DNA of 64,000 bases from a virus: positions 62,876 to 126,875 of IMG/VR virus record IMGVR_UViG_3300037475_000240, one strand, 5' to 3'. The notes under the pieces are model-generated. The model saw only the letters and a program-made list of their open reading frames with translations. It did no database searches and was not told the origin of the DNA. Positions 27,992 to 38,354 of this stretch are shown piece after piece. Position numbers and translations under genes: made by a program. Within the stretch, counting starts at the first letter, position 1. Each line of letters begins with the position of its first letter.

Positions 27992-29765
27992 TCTTAGTAT
28001 TATAGCATTTCGGATAAGAAGAACATGCTAGAAATTTGCTTCCGGTTTTAGAGGTTCTGTTAGACATTGGAGAACCACATTTTTCACATAAAGTTCCACC
28101 CTGATTTAAATAAGCTGCATCTAATTGATCTTTGAATTTAGGATAGAATTTTTTTAACATATCAATATGATCCACTTTACCACTTTCAATTTCATCCAAT
28201 AAAAGTTCCATTTTTGCAGTATAATCATAATCCATAAAAGAAAAATATTTTGACAAAACATCTGTAACTTTTTTACCTAAATCAGTAGCATAAAATACGT
28301 TTCCTTTTTTCTCAACATAATTTCTTGCACAAATTTTAGAAAGAAGTTCAGCATAAGTTGCAGGTCTACCAATATTTTTAGTAACTAATTCTTTAATTAA
28401 TTTATCTTCTGAAAATCTTGGTGGTGCTTGTGTAGACTTTTTTTCCATCTTTAAGTCATTCTTACCTTTAAGATAGACTATGTCACCAATTTTGACGTTT
28501 GGAATTTCTATTTTTGAATTATCTTTGTCATCGTCGGCACTGAATATTTTTAAATATCCTTCAGATTTTAGAGCTTTACCAGTAGCTTTTACTTTTGATT
28601 TTACATCATCTTTAGGGTGAGCTATAACAGCCAAAGTATCATATACTGCGGGATTCATTTGACTAGCAACAAAAGAGTTCCATACTGCTTTATAAACTGC
28701 TTTTTCATCGGAATCAATGATTGCAAAATTATCCTCGTTTGGTAGCAATGAAAGATCTGTTGGATGAATACACTCGTGCGCGTCTTGAGCCGCTTCTTTA
28801 TTCTTATAGGCGTTTGGTTTTTTAGGAACTTCAAACTTATTTTGTTTTAACCAATCTCTAACTCCTTGAATATCTTCATCTGCGACTCTTACTGAGTCTG
28901 TTCTAATATAAGAAATATATCCATTCTCATATAAAGATTGTGCTGCTTTCATAGTTCTCTCTGCATTAAACCCAAAAGACTTTGACATAAATCTTTGTAA
29001 TGTAGATGTAACAAATGGGGCTTGTGGAGATTTTTTCTCTTCTTCAGCGACAACATGTAATATTACATATTCGTTGCTATTTAAAGTCTTTTTAACATTC
29101 TCTGCAGTATTTACATCAACAATTTTATTTATATATTTAGCAACAAAAGAACTATCATTAGTGTCAGTTAATTTAACTTGTAAGGTCCAAAAATCTTCTG
29201 AAACAAAATTTTCAATTTCTCTCTCACGATCTATGATAATTTTAGTTACAACTGATTGAACTCTACCAGCAGAAAGCTTTGGTCCAAAGAAATTCATAAG
29301 GAAAGGTGATGCTTTAAATCCAACCAATCTATCTAAAATACGTCTAGCTTCTTGTGCATGAAAAAGATTCATGTCTATATCTCTAACATCTTTAACTGCT
29401 TTTTGTAGTAAATCTTTGGTTATTTTATTAAAAACCATTCTTTTAATAGGTTTGCCAGTATCAAATAATCTATCTGATAGATGCCAAGCAATAGCTTCAC
29501 CTTCACGATCGGGGTCGCTTGCCACTAAAATTCTTCCAACTTTCTTAGAAGCTGCCAATAAAGAATCCATTACTTCAAGTTTATCGTCAGATAAAATATA
29601 GTGAGGCTTAAAATCATTGTCAATATCCACGCCAAGACCATGTTTGCCACCTTTTGCTAAATCTGTAATATGACCTTTACTAGCCATTACAATAAAATCT
29701 TTGCCAAGATATTCTTGGATTTTGTGCCCTTTGGCTGGCGACTCAACAATAACTAAAGTTTTCAT
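27984..29765 (-). CDS. topA: DNA topoisomerase I (type IA)
   Basis: LVIVESPAK, SDPDREGEAI, SAGRVQS, ISYIRTDS (catalytic Tyr), QDAHECI, GRPATYA. Confidence 0.95.
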   Translation of the reverse strand: MKTLVIVESPAKGHKIQEYLGKDFIVMASKGHITDLAKGGKHGLGVDIDNDFKPHYILSDDKLEVMDSLLAASKKVGRILVASDPDREGEAIAWHLSDRLFDTGKPIKRMVFNKITKDLLQKAVKDVRDIDMNLFHAQEARRILDRLVGFKASPFLMNFFGPKLSAGRVQSVVTKIIIDREREIENFVSEDFWTLQVKLTDTNDSSFVAKYINKIVDVNTAENVKKTLNSNEYVILHVVAEEEKKSPQAPFVTSTLQRFMSKSFGFNAERTMKAAQSLYENGYISYIRTDSVRVADEDIQGVRDWLKQNKFEVPKKPNAYKNKEAAQDAHECIHPTDLSLLPNEDNFAIIDSDEKAVYKAVWNSFVASQMNPAVYDTLAVIAHPKDDVKSKVKATGKALKSEGYLKIFSADDDKDNSKIEIPNVKIGDIVYLKGKNDLKMEKKSTQAPPRFSEDKLIKELVTKNIGRPATYAELLSKICARNYVEKKGNVFYATDLGKKVTDVLSKYFSFMDYDYTAKMELLLDEIESGKVDHIDMLKKFYPKFKDQLDAAYLNQGGTLCEKCGSPMSNRTSKTGSKFLACSSYPKCYNTKNV

Positions 29766-29799
29766 CCAAAATCTCTTTCAATATTAATGCATTTAATAT

Positions 29800-30207
29800 A
29801 TGTTTGTTGTTTATAATAATGTTAATAATTTTTTTAACGAAATATTATCTGACATAGACTGTCAGCGTGATACTAAAGCTTATATCATCAGTATATATGA
29901 TAAATATAAGTCCAGTCAATTTGATTTTTCGAAAAATAGTGTAACATTATTATATGCTGAGGCAAAATATAAACATGATTTTTCAATTTATCAAAATATA
30001 GGAGATTGGATATTTTTTAGTAATACATTAGTTTCCAATCATCTACAGTGTGCCTCAAAAGATTATTATGATACTATCGCACAATTATCATACTATTCAT
30101 GCTATCGTTTAATTAATAAACAATGGAAGCTATTTGAAGAATTAGCTGATAATTTTCAAAACATTGAAATTCAAGTAAAAGACAGACTTCAAAAAATTAA
30201 TAGCTAA
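29800..30207 (+). CDS. Hypothetical helical protein
   Basis: 135-aa ORF divergent from topA. Confidence 0.6.
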   Translation: MFVVYNNVNNFFNEILSDIDCQRDTKAYIISIYDKYKSSQFDFSKNSVTLLYAEAKYKHDFSIYQNIGDWIFFSNTLVSNHLQCASKDYYDTIAQLSYYSCYRLINKQWKLFEELADNFQNIEIQVKDRLQKINS

Positions 30208-30622
30208 ATTCTTTATTAAAGAATTTTTTTGACTGTCTCATTGAAATTTCTTTTCTATCCTTTGTTGATTTATAATTAAATTTCCAGCCAGTCTTACCAC
30301 AATCACAAAATAAAAATTCTTCATAGTTGTTTTTATTATTAACGCCCTTTGTGCGATGCATTTTTATATTGAATTTATTCAAATCAAGAATAAAAGAGTG
30401 CTCTTGAATAGAGGCATGACGACATTTAATTATCGCATCATTATGATCATAATTTACATTGTATATTGTTTTATTTTTAAAACAAAGATCTGGAGACTTA
30501 TACATTTTTTCATTTTTATAAAACGAATAAAAAACAGGTCCAGAACAACAAAATTTGCACAAAGACCTAGTAGGAAATGTTGTTGATGTTTTTATTTTAG
30601 TAGAAAAATTTTTTCTATTCAT
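30197..30622 (-). CDS. Hypothetical protein
   Basis: 141 aa, Cys pairs. Confidence 0.5.
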   Translation of the reverse strand: MNRKNFSTKIKTSTTFPTRSLCKFCCSGPVFYSFYKNEKMYKSPDLCFKNKTIYNVNYDHNDAIIKCRHASIQEHSFILDLNKFNIKMHRTKGVNNKNNYEEFLFCDCGKTGWKFNYKSTKDRKEISMRQSKKFFNKEFSY

Positions 30623-31943
30623 TGTTTTTATTTAACAAAATCTTTACTTTATCTATTATTTTTTTTCTTACTCTATTAACGTAAACCATACCACCCATTT
30701 GATAATGAGGAGGAACTCTTAAATGAGTTACAATTACATTTGTTCCTGGTGAAACATCTTTTAATTTTATTTTGGAAAAACTGTATTCTTTTACTTGATG
30801 CAAAATAGAATATTTATTATCCTCAATAATAACATTAAGCAATTTACCAATATAATATGGTTTTGTGTAAGTGGCTTTTCTTCCACCAATATAAAATTCT
30901 TGTGTATTATTTTTTATTTCACCTTTAGCTGTCACTATTGCTTTAAAAGTAGATATTCCTTCAAATAAGGATAAATTTTCATCTAACAAAGATGTTATAT
31001 TATAAATATTCTTTTTTTTCTTAAGAGAGATTGGAAGATTTGATTCTAAAATAGAAATATATTCTTGAAAAATTTTATGTTGAAATCCTCCTGACCTACT
31101 GTTATCTAATAAATATGGTACCATTTCTAATGGATATTTTTCTAATATAGACTTAAATGCTTGATATACAAATATTTTATGTTTAATTGTAAAATTAACA
31201 CTACTCCAATGAGCAGAATTTACTTGTTGATCTATTACTTCTTTAATAAGTTTGAGTTTATTATTAAACTCTTCTTCAATTTCTATTTTAGATAAAGCAT
31301 CAACTTCTTGATATTGAACTTGAATTTTACTAGCATTCATTGAAAAATGTTTTATATTAGAAGTTGAATTTGGGTGATTCATCTTATTTAAGGATGAACC
31401 TTCTCCTATAAAACAACAATCAATATAAGGACAAGTTACATTATCAGATCCATCTAATGGTTTAGGAATAAATCTTTGACAATCAGAACATCTCCAACCT
31501 AATTTGGAATGTTTTTTAAAAGTATTAAAAAATGTAATCCACTTTAAATCCGTTGTTTTTTTAAGCTGTATAGTGCATTCAACACAAGATAATGTTTTTT
31601 CTAGAGTTATGTGATTTTCTTTTCCTAAGAATAGACATCCGGGGCAAAGATATTCTGTATTCTTTTTTACAGTTAAAATAGCTCTTTTTTTACAAAAAGA
31701 ATTTGTAATATAAAAAAGATAGGTATCTAAACCTTCCACATGATTATTTTTATTAATAAAAGCTATGCATCCAGTTTTTAATACATCAATTAGTTCTTCG
31801 ACTAAAGCTCTATAAGAAAGTTGATCTGTTCCTTTAAACCAATTATTATGTAATTTAACAATTCCTGGCTGCTTGTCAAGCAAGAATTTATTTACTAAAT
31901 TATCAACATCCATCATATTAAATTTTAAATTATTAACCGCCAT
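30615..31943 (-). CDS. Hypothetical protein with several CxxC zinc ribbons
   Basis: CPGC, CVEC, CSDC, CPYIDC; likely start ATG 31943; ends in TAG. Confidence 0.6.
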   Translation of the reverse strand: MAVNNLKFNMMDVDNLVNKFLLDKQPGIVKLHNNWFKGTDQLSYRALVEELIDVLKTGCIAFINKNNHVEGLDTYLFYITNSFCKKRAILTVKKNTEYLCPGCLFLGKENHITLEKTLSCVECTIQLKKTTDLKWITFFNTFKKHSKLGWRCSDCQRFIPKPLDGSDNVTCPYIDCCFIGEGSSLNKMNHPNSTSNIKHFSMNASKIQVQYQEVDALSKIEIEEEFNNKLKLIKEVIDQQVNSAHWSSVNFTIKHKIFVYQAFKSILEKYPLEMVPYLLDNSRSGGFQHKIFQEYISILESNLPISLKKKKNIYNITSLLDENLSLFEGISTFKAIVTAKGEIKNNTQEFYIGGRKATYTKPYYIGKLLNVIIEDNKYSILHQVKEYSFSKIKLKDVSPGTNVIVTHLRVPPHYQMGGMVYVNRVRKKIIDKVKILLNKNNE

Positions 31944-32925
31944 AATAATTACAAACTTCTGTGGGGGTAGTATAAGCAACTTGAAATCTATCTAGATGTC
32001 TAAAATTATCTCTTACTAAGGCATCGCCACGCCCTAAAAGATTTTCAGCGCCACTCGTGTCAAGCACAACTTTAGAATCTACATGACTTGCAACTTTACA
32101 AGATATTCTTGCCGGAAAATTAGCTTTAATAGTGCCATTAATAATATTAACAGAAGGTCTTTGTGTTGATAAAATAATATTCATTCTAGCTGCACGACAT
32201 TTTTGTGCTAATCTACATAATTTATTATAAAATTGATCTTCTTTATCTTGCATAATCAAGTCTGCAAATTCATCAATTATTAATACAATATATGGTAATT
32301 TACTTGCTAAAAATCCTTTTCTTAACATATTGTATCTAGAATCCATTATCTCTAATAAATTATCTAACATAAAAATACATTCTTCATATGTGTATGATAC
32401 TTGAACTTTAGATTTAATCCTTTTATCATATTCTGAAAATTCAATATTTTTAGGATCCATTAAAAATAATTGAGCATTATTATAATTAAATAAATTAGCA
32501 ATAATATTATGCAATAAACTACTTTTACCCGAACCAGTTGTTCCAGAAATAATCATGTGTGGATTTTGAGATAAATCCATCCACATTCTTTTTCCATCAA
32601 CTGTTTGCCCTAATAAACAAATTAAATCTCCTTTTGGAATATTTTTATTTGTAAAATAATCAAATAAATTTAAAATATCTTTTCTAGGCTGTGCAAACTC
32701 CAATCTTACAACACCTTCATTATGAATAACTTTTAAAGAAGGTTTACAAGGGGTACGTAAAATTAAAGAAATTTCTTCTATATACTTTATCAAATCTTTT
32801 ACTTTAGCGCTTGGGTTTAACTTAATATCATAGTAAAAATAATTATCTACTTTATTAAAATGAACACATGAGGCTTTAATCTTAAAACTAGTTAAGATTT
32901 TATTGAATAAATTAATTTCTTCCAT
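31933..32925 (-). CDS. FtsK/SpoIIIE-domain ATPase (no membrane domain)
   Basis: PHMIISGTTGSGKS, IIDEFADL, STQRPS, IKANFPARI, GAENLLGRGD. Confidence 0.9.
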   Translation of the reverse strand: MEEINLFNKILTSFKIKASCVHFNKVDNYFYYDIKLNPSAKVKDLIKYIEEISLILRTPCKPSLKVIHNEGVVRLEFAQPRKDILNLFDYFTNKNIPKGDLICLLGQTVDGKRMWMDLSQNPHMIISGTTGSGKSSLLHNIIANLFNYNNAQLFLMDPKNIEFSEYDKRIKSKVQVSYTYEECIFMLDNLLEIMDSRYNMLRKGFLASKLPYIVLIIDEFADLIMQDKEDQFYNKLCRLAQKCRAARMNIILSTQRPSVNIINGTIKANFPARISCKVASHVDSKVVLDTSGAENLLGRGDALVRDNFRHLDRFQVAYTTPTEVCNYYGG

Positions 32926-33008
32926 GAGATGTTAAATAGTATAAATTTATTAAATAGGGGCGCAAGGGGTCCGTATTTTTTTACAATCTAAACGGATTCT
33001 CTCGACTT

Positions 33009-33374
33009 TTATTTTTTAAAATTTAAAGAAGACACAAGCCCAACATCTTGACCAATTTTAATATCAGTTGATGCTACAGTGCCATGAGGAAATTCTATTA
33101 TTAGATCAGATAAATCATTGGGTCCAATAATTTTTGTAGATAAAGGCTCTCCATAACAAATATCAATTACTTTGCCATTACGACAAAATACTATATCTAA
33201 AGGGCTTGGTGTCTGGTGCATCCAAAATTTATTTATCTTAGGGTATTTATAAATAAAAGACATTATTGGTGGTGGCCAAGATTCATGCATAAGTCCATGC
33301 TCTTGCTCTTGTTCTGATTCAGCAAGTAAAGAGTGAAACACATTATTGTTAATAAAAACATAACCTGATTTCAC
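33009..33374 (-). CDS. DUF192 family protein
   Basis: AES..EQEHGLM, FWMHQTPSPLDIVF, IIEFPHG. Confidence 0.8.
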   Translation of the reverse strand: MKSGYVFINNNVFHSLLAESEQEQEHGLMHESWPPPIMSFIYKYPKINKFWMHQTPSPLDIVFCRNGKVIDICYGEPLSTKIIGPNDLSDLIIEFPHGTVASTDIKIGQDVGLVSSLNFKK

Positions 33375-33375
33375 T

Positions 33376-34755
33376 TTATTTCCTTGAATACATATTAGTT
33401 AGGTCTCTAAATTGCTTGGTTTGAATCATCTTTTCAAGTTGCTCTTTTTGCTTCTTGTCAAGTTTAGATTCATAATCTGTTAGTTTATTGTCACCCAATA
33501 GATCTACGAAAGTTTTATCAAACAACTTTCCTTTAATAGTAGCCTCTAACGGTCTCATTAGAGATTTAATCATAATCATCTTGTTATTTATTTCTGACAA
33601 AGATGATTTAACGTCTTCTGGATTTAATCCTTTTTCTAAAGAATTCATTAATTGATTAAGTATAGTACGAGATTCTTTAGCTAATTTACTGATGTCTAAT
33701 CTGATAGCTGAAGTTTTATCAAATGGATTTAGTTTATGATTAAGCTTACCTACCCATTTATCAAGTAAATTTTGGGCAACTACCTGCATAGCGCTTTTAG
33801 TTTTCATTAGAACTTCAGATAAAGTAGCTGCCGAAGTACCTCTTTTATTATTAATGTCGGTTAATAATAATTGATAAGACCTATTAATTTCTGGGGCTAG
33901 CGCCTCTTTTACACTATCATCAGATAAGAATTTTAAAATTAAAGATGAAAATTGTTTAACTAAAGTTCCATCTAAGTCATCAAAATTGGCAAAGTTTTTG
34001 CGAAAATCTGTAATAGCAGCAGTTGCACGATCTACTTCAGAAGAAGCTACTGGAATGTTTTCTTCCATTGGTTGTGCTGAAGACACGCTTTCATTTTCCA
34101 ATGACTTAAGGGCATTAAGTGATTCAAGTACAAATTTTAAATGGTTATCAATTTGAAATAACAATTTACTTGCAACGAAAATACTTTCTCCAGAAGATCC
34201 TAAAATTTGAATTTCAAATTTTTCTAAATCTTTTTCCAAAAGAGCGGTTGCTCTTAACATAGCTAAACGATATTTTCTAGCTCTAACTTCAGGTGACGAG
34301 CCAAACCAAGGACCTTTAAGCCTAGAGAAAAACCTAGTTACCGAATTAGATCCTTCTACCGTTAAATTATAATCTAAACTAGCAGATAGCTGTTGAGTTA
34401 AGTTTGAAGCAGGAGATGTTGAAATGGATGGTGTTGATACATTAGTAGTTTTAGGTTGTTTCTTTTTTCTAGCTTTAGAATACTCTATTTGTTGTTGAAT
34501 AATAGAGTTGCCAGATTGAGCTAATTCTTGAAAATCAGAAGCTAAAACTCCTAAAATAGAATGTGGATCTGATGGAATTGGATCTTTAATAAAGGATCTT
34601 TCCATATGAAATTTAGATGGCCAACCATTCATTGTCTTCTTAAGATTAATTAAATCTGTAATAAAAGTAGACACATCCTTATTCCATTGAGATTTAGATT
34701 GTCTCAATTTTTCTTGAATAGGGTCTGAGGATGGTTTTCTAGCCGTTTTATTCAT
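33376..34755 (-). CDS. Large helical hypothetical protein
   Basis: 459 aa with Ser/Thr/Pro linkers between helical blocks. Confidence 0.65.
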   Translation of the reverse strand: MNKTARKPSSDPIQEKLRQSKSQWNKDVSTFITDLINLKKTMNGWPSKFHMERSFIKDPIPSDPHSILGVLASDFQELAQSGNSIIQQQIEYSKARKKKQPKTTNVSTPSISTSPASNLTQQLSASLDYNLTVEGSNSVTRFFSRLKGPWFGSSPEVRARKYRLAMLRATALLEKDLEKFEIQILGSSGESIFVASKLLFQIDNHLKFVLESLNALKSLENESVSSAQPMEENIPVASSEVDRATAAITDFRKNFANFDDLDGTLVKQFSSLILKFLSDDSVKEALAPEINRSYQLLLTDINNKRGTSAATLSEVLMKTKSAMQVVAQNLLDKWVGKLNHKLNPFDKTSAIRLDISKLAKESRTILNQLMNSLEKGLNPEDVKSSLSEINNKMIMIKSLMRPLEATIKGKLFDKTFVDLLGDNKLTDYESKLDKKQKEQLEKMIQTKQFRDLTNMYSRK

Positions 34756-34784
34756 TACTAAAGAATAGGTAATTATTGATATTA

Positions 34785-35369
34785 TTAAATAATATCATCA
34801 ATAATACCATAATCTAAAGCTTCTTTTGGCGACAGCCAAACATCTTGTTCAAAATCTTTTTTAATTTTAGCTAGAGGATGACCTGTATGATTGGCTAAAA
34901 TTTTCATAATATTATCATCATTATCTTTTAAGAAAGAAAAATAATTCTTAGAAGATGCAATATCTTCTCCTGGAAGAGGAAAAATACATTGAATTCCATG
35001 AACCATTATTTCTGAATTTTTAAACGCAAATCTTCCACCAGTTCCTGCTGCTAATAAAACCGCTCCAGCAGAATATGCTCTACCCATACATATTGTTTTT
35101 ACTGGAGCATTAATCATTTGCATAATATCATAAATACAAACTAAGCCCGAAGCATCTCCACCAGGAGAATTTATATATAAATATATTGGTTCTTCATGAC
35201 TCATATTATCATAATATAATAACATTGCTGCTAAATCAGCAGCACTTTTTTTTGTAACTACATCAGAAAAAAATATTACTCTACTTTTAGATGCTTTAAC
35301 ATAAGTTTCAAAATATCCATGGGATGGAGCTTCGGGCTCTTTAACAGAATGATCATCTAATTTTTTCAT
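34785..35369 (-). CDS. clpP: ClpP protease subunit (catalytic triad present)
   Basis: YINSPGG, GRAYSAG (Ser), IMVHG (His), EQDVWLSPKEALDYGIID (Asp). Confidence 0.9.
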   Translation of the reverse strand: MKKLDDHSVKEPEAPSHGYFETYVKASKSRVIFFSDVVTKKSAADLAAMLLYYDNMSHEEPIYLYINSPGGDASGLVCIYDIMQMINAPVKTICMGRAYSAGAVLLAAGTGGRFAFKNSEIMVHGIQCIFPLPGEDIASSKNYFSFLKDNDDNIMKILANHTGHPLAKIKKDFEQDVWLSPKEALDYGIIDDII

Positions 35370-35376
35370 AAAGTCC

Positions 35377-35964
35377 TTATTTTTTATTAGGTTTTATAAC
35401 ACGATCAATAAATCCATACTTAACAGCTTTAAGTGGATCCATAAATACAATTCTATCAAAATCTGCAGAAATTTTCTTTATTGGCTGTTTACAATGTTTT
35501 GCAAGAATATCCATCATTCTTTTGTTATCTCTAGTAACTTGAATTAATGTTTTCTTTGCATCTAATAAATTAGATCTTTTAGCCCACTGAGAAGTCAATT
35601 GTCCTGCAGAAATGATAGCATTTTTTGTCGCATATCTCATTCCTGAAGTTCCTCCAGCTAATAAAATTACTGCTTCATTCATAGCTGAGCCAAAACAAAC
35701 TACTTCTATTGGTGCTTGTATCATTTGCATTGTATCATAAATCATAAATACACTTCTAATATCACCCCCTTCAGAATTAATAAACATAGTTATTTTATTT
35801 TTAGAATCTTCTCCATCCTTTAATAAAAGGGTAGCTGAAATATCAGAAGCTACCCTATCATCTATAAAATCTGTTAGAAATAAAATTCTATCATTAGACA
35901 ATTTTTGATAAATATCAATTGGAACTTCACCGTGCTCAGTAGTTTCTGTTATGATTGTGTTCAA
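35377..35964 (-). CDS. ClpP paralog lacking catalytic Ser/His (ClpR-like)
   Basis: DIYQKLSNDRILFL, FINSEGG; GSAMNEA has Asn at the Ser position and ISAGQL has no His. Confidence 0.8.
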   Translation of the reverse strand: MNTIITETTEHGEVPIDIYQKLSNDRILFLTDFIDDRVASDISATLLLKDGEDSKNKITMFINSEGGDIRSVFMIYDTMQMIQAPIEVVCFGSAMNEAVILLAGGTSGMRYATKNAIISAGQLTSQWAKRSNLLDAKKTLIQVTRDNKRMMDILAKHCKQPIKKISADFDRIVFMDPLKAVKYGFIDRVIKPNKK

Positions 35965-35966
35965 GA

Positions 35967-36326
35967 TTATGACCTCTTATGTTTTTCCTGTAACTCCCTA
36001 TCTTCAGCGCACGAAATACATGTTAAAAAGTAAGGATTTGCTTCTAATCTTTTTTCAGGAATATTTTCAGTACAATCCTCACATATACCATATGTTAACT
36101 CTTTGATTCTTAAAATAGCATTATCAATGCGGGCAATTTTTTCAGCATGTCTCGTTGCAATTCTATTCTGCATTTCAATTAACATTGCACCTTGAATTTC
36201 ATCTGTTTCATCACCATCTAAATCTATAGATTCTATATCTTGATCTATTTGAGTTTTAGATAATAAATTTTTTCTTTCATTAACTAATTTTTCACTTACT
36301 TTTTTTAAAAATGTTTTATTCAGCAT
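35967..36326 (-). CDS. dksA: DksA/TraR C4 zinc-finger protein
   Basis: DETD at the coiled-coil tip; YGICEDC..IPEKRLEANP...CISC. Confidence 0.88.
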   Translation of the reverse strand: MLNKTFLKKVSEKLVNERKNLLSKTQIDQDIESIDLDGDETDEIQGAMLIEMQNRIATRHAEKIARIDNAILRIKELTYGICEDCTENIPEKRLEANPYFLTCISCAEDRELQEKHKRS

Positions 36327-36714
36327 TTAATAACCTCAAATCATAAATTGGAACAACTATAATTCCTTGTGGTTTTAGCACATTTTGACCATCTATTCTA
36401 CTTTTAAAAAGCAGGTGTGCATGATCTGTTGGTTTCTTTAAAATATTTGCGCTTACAATCCAACCATTGTATTCAGCTGTTTTATAAACAGTTGAGAAAA
36501 TTAATTCTGTAGTGTTTACTAATACTTGAGTTTTCTTTTTATGGAAAGGTCCATAAACATCTTTTGGTTTATATCCAAACTGGCTAGTAAATAAACTAAT
36601 AGCTTCGTCAAGATTTAAAGCCTGAATAGATTTTGTTTGTAATTCATTATTTGTTGAGATTCCGGCACAAACAAAAAAAATAGGTTTTACACGCTTATCC
36701 CGCTTATTAAACAT
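36316..36714 (-). CDS. Hypothetical protein
   Basis: 132 aa; ATG directly follows the upstream in-frame TAG. Confidence 0.6.
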   Translation of the reverse strand: MFNKRDKRVKPIFFVCAGISTNNELQTKSIQALNLDEAISLFTSQFGYKPKDVYGPFHKKKTQVLVNTTELIFSTVYKTAEYNGWIVSANILKKPTDHAHLLFKSRIDGQNVLKPQGIIVVPIYDLRLLNAE

Positions 36715-37047
36715 CTAATCATCCTTAAAAGTTTTGTCAATGTCTAGCGAATTACATAATTTTTTTCTTATCAATGGTGCTAGTGAAAATTTTAAAATAC
36801 GTGCGCCTGATGAAAGCATGATTTTATTATATCTAACATCATGATATTTTCTTGGTTTAGTTTCTTCTAAAGATAAAATTCCAAAATTAAAAATCTTTAT
36901 TTTGTTGCCATTTTTTAAATCTTTTATCATTTCATCAATTAAAATTGTAATAACAGATCCAATATGATAAAAGTGAAGAGATTTATTTAATTTTTTATTA
37001 ACATATTTCCATAAATCTCTTCTACTAATATTGTTAATATCTTTCAT
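36715..37047 (-). CDS. HU/IHF family DNA-binding protein
   Basis: LKNGNKIKIFNFGIL...KPRK...LKF; ends in TAG. Confidence 0.75.
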   Translation of the reverse strand: MKDINNISRRDLWKYVNKKLNKSLHFYHIGSVITILIDEMIKDLKNGNKIKIFNFGILSLEETKPRKYHDVRYNKIMLSSGARILKFSLAPLIRKKLCNSLDIDKTFKDD

Positions 37048-37370
37048 TTACTTACTCTTCCTTGACAATATGTTTTAATTATTTTTAAATTCTTAAGGTG
37101 CCTTTTACCTTTATTATAAATTTTATAATGTTCTTGATTTAATATTATATTTTGTTGATTATAAGTATAAGTAAAATTACTATCATTTTGCCCATAAATA
37201 CTTTCATAAATAAAAATACATTGCTTGCAAAACTTTTCATTTTTTTGATTGAAAGAAATTATATTAAATTTATTTTTCTTATATTTTTTACCACACATAG
37301 AATAATGATTAATAGAACTGGATTCTCTTTCCTTAATACAAATTGATTTATCTATAATTCCAACGAACAT
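37044..37370 (-). CDS. Hypothetical protein
   Basis: 108-aa coupled ORF. Confidence 0.45.
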   Translation of the reverse strand: MFVGIIDKSICIKERESSSINHYSMCGKKYKKNKFNIISFNQKNEKFCKQCIFIYESIYGQNDSNFTYTYNQQNIILNQEHYKIYNKGKRHLKNLKIIKTYCQGRVSK

Positions 37371-37831
37371 TAATTATTTCCTGTTATTGTTTGTAAGTAT
37401 TCATTAAATTTATTTCCTCGTAACAGACAATCTCCAGTTCTGTATATTATTTTATGCTCTAATAATTGTTTTATACAAAATAAAATATCATCGGAAGAAT
37501 GAATGGTTGATTTTATTGAATCTATTTTTAAACCAGATAATTGCAAGGAATCGCAAATAAATTTACATATATTTTGATTTTTAATATTAAAATATGGAAG
37601 AGACTTAATTTCATTTTCATTATTTTTATTTTTAATATCAAACATATTAATAACATCTAATAATTTAGATCTTTTAATTTTAAGCGTTTCCACTTCTTTA
37701 ATTTTATTATCAATTTCTGAAATCAAATCTTTTGCACTTGCAACAATTTCTTTAGCCGAACCTTTTCCTAAGGAAGCACATTCTGCAATAAAAGAACTTA
37801 AAAAGTCATTATCTACTTTTTTACCCCTCAT
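37370..37831 (-). CDS. Hypothetical protein (possible C-terminal winged helix)
   Basis: 153 aa. Confidence 0.55.
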   Translation of the reverse strand: MRGKKVDNDFLSSFIAECASLGKGSAKEIVASAKDLISEIDNKIKEVETLKIKRSKLLDVINMFDIKNKNNENEIKSLPYFNIKNQNICKFICDSLQLSGLKIDSIKSTIHSSDDILFCIKQLLEHKIIYRTGDCLLRGNKFNEYLQTITGNN

Positions 37832-38354
37832 TTATTTCTCCGTAAACTGAATTATGAAATCTTAAAAAAGATTTAAGTAAATTTATTTGATCTTCCGGCT
37901 TAGTTGATTTAACCCAATCTAAATTAGAATCTTTTATTTGTTCCATACCTGCTAAAAATGTGGCTTGTAAATAAGTATTACATTCCATCCAATTTGTACC
38001 ATTTAATGTACAAGCAATCATTGCATCAGAATTATAACCTTCAGTAGATACTAAATATAATCCATAAGATGGAGCATCTTCAAGTTGAAATATTAAACAG
38101 TATTCTAATATATTTTTATCAATAGAACAATTTGCAACTAACAAATTTAATGATTTATTTCCAGTACTAGATGTACATCCCCAAATTTTATTTTGGTATA
38201 AATCAGTACTATCATTTAAATCAAGCGTTTCTTTCAGTAAAAAATCTTTACTTAAAGCAGATTTACTATTATCATAGTTAATAAAATCTGAAGGTATAAT
38301 TTTTAAACTGGCATAAATATGTCTTATTATTTGTTTAGTTAATTCTAAATTCAT
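37821..38354 (-). CDS. Hypothetical protein
   Basis: 177-aa coupled ORF. Confidence 0.6.
   Translation of the reverse strand: MNLELTKQIIRHIYASLKIIPSDFINYDNSKSALSKDFLLKETLDLNDSTDLYQNKIWGCTSSTGNKSLNLLVANCSIDKNILEYCLIFQLEDAPSYGLYLVSTEGYNSDAMIACTLNGTNWMECNTYLQATFLAGMEQIKDSNLDWVKSTKPEDQINLLKSFLRFHNSVYGEINEG

Noticed and set aside
30598-30617. Read-through of the TAG ending 30615-31943
   Set aside because: It would add only six residues before a TAA; no fusion results.
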